From: Candidatus Thioglobus sp.
GTDB lineage: Bacteria > Pseudomonadota > Gammaproteobacteria > PS1 > Pseudothioglobaceae
DNA: 64,000 nucleotides
Assembly: GCA_028345055.1 (NCBI GenBank)
Contig: JAOMCO010000006.1
Coordinates: 232 to 64,231, forward strand
Reading direction: 5' to 3'
Numbering within the stretch: position 1 is the stretch's first letter; the number at the start of each line of letters is the position of its first letter. The position numbers were made by a program, and so were the translations under genes. The notes below the pieces were generated by a model, which made no database searches, was not told where the DNA came from, and saw only the letters and a program-made list of their open reading frames with translations. Shown in pieces: positions 62,151-64,000 of the stretch.

Positions 62151-64000
62151 ATGAACTTTATTAATTATTTATCTGAACGCCCTAAACTGACCCAATTCGG
62201 CATTGTCCTCATTGTGTTTTTTATTCTCATGTCAATGACAGGGCTCTACCATGATTTGATAGTAGAGCGTCATCTATTTGCCAAGTCTATTGTTAAGGGA
62301 GAAATACAATCTTCGGTTGGTTTTGCTGAATCCATGTCAATGATTTTGAATTGGCAACTTCCTCCTCAACTCGTTAGAATTCCTGAGCTGACTTTTTATC
62401 ACCCTGTCATTAACACTTCCGCCACCTATGTTCTAATAGCTTTATTGGTAACTGCTGGGCTCTTATACAAAAGCTTTGCAGAGAGTGTCAATAAATCACA
62501 GTGGTTACGTGTCAATTGGTTTCAAATTATTAGCAAGGGATTTGTTGGCATTATTGTGGGTCTTCTGTTTATACCTACTTTGTATAACTGGTTTTTTGGT
62601 GAGGTGACAAGAAGTACGTTTTGGGAAATACCAATGATGTTGCAAGATTTTTCTCAGTACCTCATATTTGAATTTTGGTTGACACCAGTTTACGACCCAG
62701 AAATTGAAGACTATGAAGACTATGGTCGAGTTCGATTATTTACCCGAGCTATTGGCGCTACCTTATTGTTTTTAATTAATTTAGTTCGGGAATTATTGAT
62801 TGGTGGTTTTGAGACAGTCGTTTCACTTGCCAACGTTTTTAGTGATCAATCCGGCTGGGATTGGTTGAATGAAAATAAGGATAAGTGGTACTCCAGTGTC
62901 CCTGCTATTCCTTGGACAGTATTAACTGCCGGTGCTTTTATTTTGGGTTATAAACTTCAAGGTGTGGGTCTTTCTATATTGGCTGGTTTTAGTTGTATTT
63001 ACTTGGCTGTATTCGGCCAATGGGAACCCGCAATGCAGACACTCTCTTTTGTGTTGGTTGCTGCGCCGGTCTCTGTTTTATTTGGTGTTATCTGGGGTGT
63101 GCTTGCCTACAAGAGCAGAACGGTTGAGAGAGTAATAACGCCATTTCTCCTCGTTGCACAAACGTTTCCACATTTCGCGTATTTGGTTCCAATAATCGTC
63201 TTCTTTGGTATTGGTGACCATGCGGGTGCGATTGCAACAATAATTTTTGCAACACCTCCGATGATTCGACTCACCTTGCTAGGTCTCAAAAGAGTCTCTC
63301 CAGAGGTTTTAGATGCAGGCAGGATGAGTGGTTGCCATAATTATCAACTGATGTTTAAAGTTTTGATACCTACTGCAAGGCGCGACATTTTAATTGGCGT
63401 CAACCAGGTAATTATGCAGTGCTTGGCTATGGCAGTGATTGCTTCTTTTATTGGAGCTATGGGCCTGGGTTTTAACTTATTACTCGCTCTAAACCAACTA
63501 AGGGTAGGTCAAGCGCTAGAATTAGGAGTATGTATTGTCCTGATTGCTGTAGTGTTAGATAAATTATCTTTAGCTTGGGCCAATAAGCAAACCGACTACT
63601 TTGCCGACCTTTCTTTTGTTGAGAGAAATAAAACAGCTCTTTTGTTTGTTGCAGTTTTCTTTGCCGCTCTTTTGTTTGCTTGGTTTGGAAACTGGGTGTT
63701 TGCTGATACTGCAAAAGGTATTAATTATTTTTATTTGATTCCTCACAACAAGGGTATTACCACTGAGCCATTTTGGCAGGCAGGCGTTGACTACATGGTT
63801 TCAAATTGGAGAGCGGATATTAAAATATTTAACGAGTGGTTGCTGGTGGAAGTGTTGATGCCAATGAAAGCATCTTATCTGGCCATGCCAGCAATAGCAA
63901 CTTTTGTTCTAACAATGGGTGTTGGTTACATTATCGGTGGCATTCGTTCTGCGATTATTGTTGGTTCGTTTATGTTGTTTATTGCTCTAACACCCTGGTG
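62151..64000 (+). CDS. tmoV: TMAO ABC transporter permease (duplicated ProW type), runs off the window
   Basis: ATG at 62151 (MNFINYLSERPK...). In-frame QTFPHFAYLVP, PPMIRLTLLGLKRVSPEVLDAGRMSGC (EAA loop) and GVNQVIMQCLAMAVIASFIG. Absent from the ORF track, consistent with no stop in the window. Confidence 0.85.
   Translation, partial: MNFINYLSERPKLTQFGIVLIVFFILMSMTGLYHDLIVERHLFAKSIVKGEIQSSVGFAESMSMILNWQLPPQLVRIPELTFYHPVINTSATYVLIALLVTAGLLYKSFAESVNKSQWLRVNWFQIISKGFVGIIVGLLFIPTLYNWFFGEVTRSTFWEIPMMLQDFSQYLIFEFWLTPVYDPEIEDYEDYGRVRLFTRAIGATLLFLINLVRELLIGGFETVVSLANVFSDQSGWDWLNENKDKWYSSVPAIPWTVLTAGAFILGYKLQGVGLSILAGFSCIYLAVFGQWEPAMQTLSFVLVAAPVSVLFGVIWGVLAYKSRTVERVITPFLLVAQTFPHFAYLVPIIVFFGIGDHAGAIATIIFATPPMIRLTLLGLKRVSPEVLDAGRMSGCHNYQLMFKVLIPTARRDILIGVNQVIMQCLAMAVIASFIGAMGLGFNLLLALNQLRVGQALELGVCIVLIAVVLDKLSLAWANKQTDYFADLSFVERNKTALLFVAVFFAALLFAWFGNWVFADTAKGINYFYLIPHNKGITTEPFWQAGVDYMVSNWRADIKIFNEWLLVEVLMPMKASYLAMPAIATFVLTMGVGYIIGGIRSAIIVGSFMLFIALTPW

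Overview
AT-rich chromosomal window from a streamlined marine gammaproteobacterium. Gene content and style suggest the SUP05/Arctic96BD-19 (Pseudothioglobus/Thioglobus) group; this is inference, not a database result. Core blocks: rpsF 5' end with its leader, cutC-transglycosylase-tsaB-ccmCDEG, hupB-tRNA-Val-tRNA-Asp, ppiD, fabI, lspA, recJ, thrS-infC-rpmI-rplT-pheST-ihfA, msrA, a MoeB/ThiF gene, tRNA-Pro and sucAB. Accessory genes lie between them: tandem methyltransferases, doeB plus threonine aldolase, DUF1800/DUF1501, an island relic at tRNA-Pro, a Rieske oxygenase between EamA transporters, and secreted proteases. The last ~14 kb is a methylated-amine catabolic region: bmt, an XRE-cupin regulator (frameshifted in an A8 tract), an atypical GS/GmaS-like gene with a long structured leader, mgsABC-like genes, an unknown 128-aa ORF, tdm and tmoXWV. 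A divergent Amt with an unannotated 58-aa membrane partner lies a few kb upstream. The best leads are this methylamine/TMAO module and its unknown parts, a SucA/SucB pair lacking the usual assembly domains, the doeB-aldolase pairing, and two candidate structured RNA leaders (ppiD, gmaS). No CRISPR array, rRNA, transposase or intact integrase was seen.
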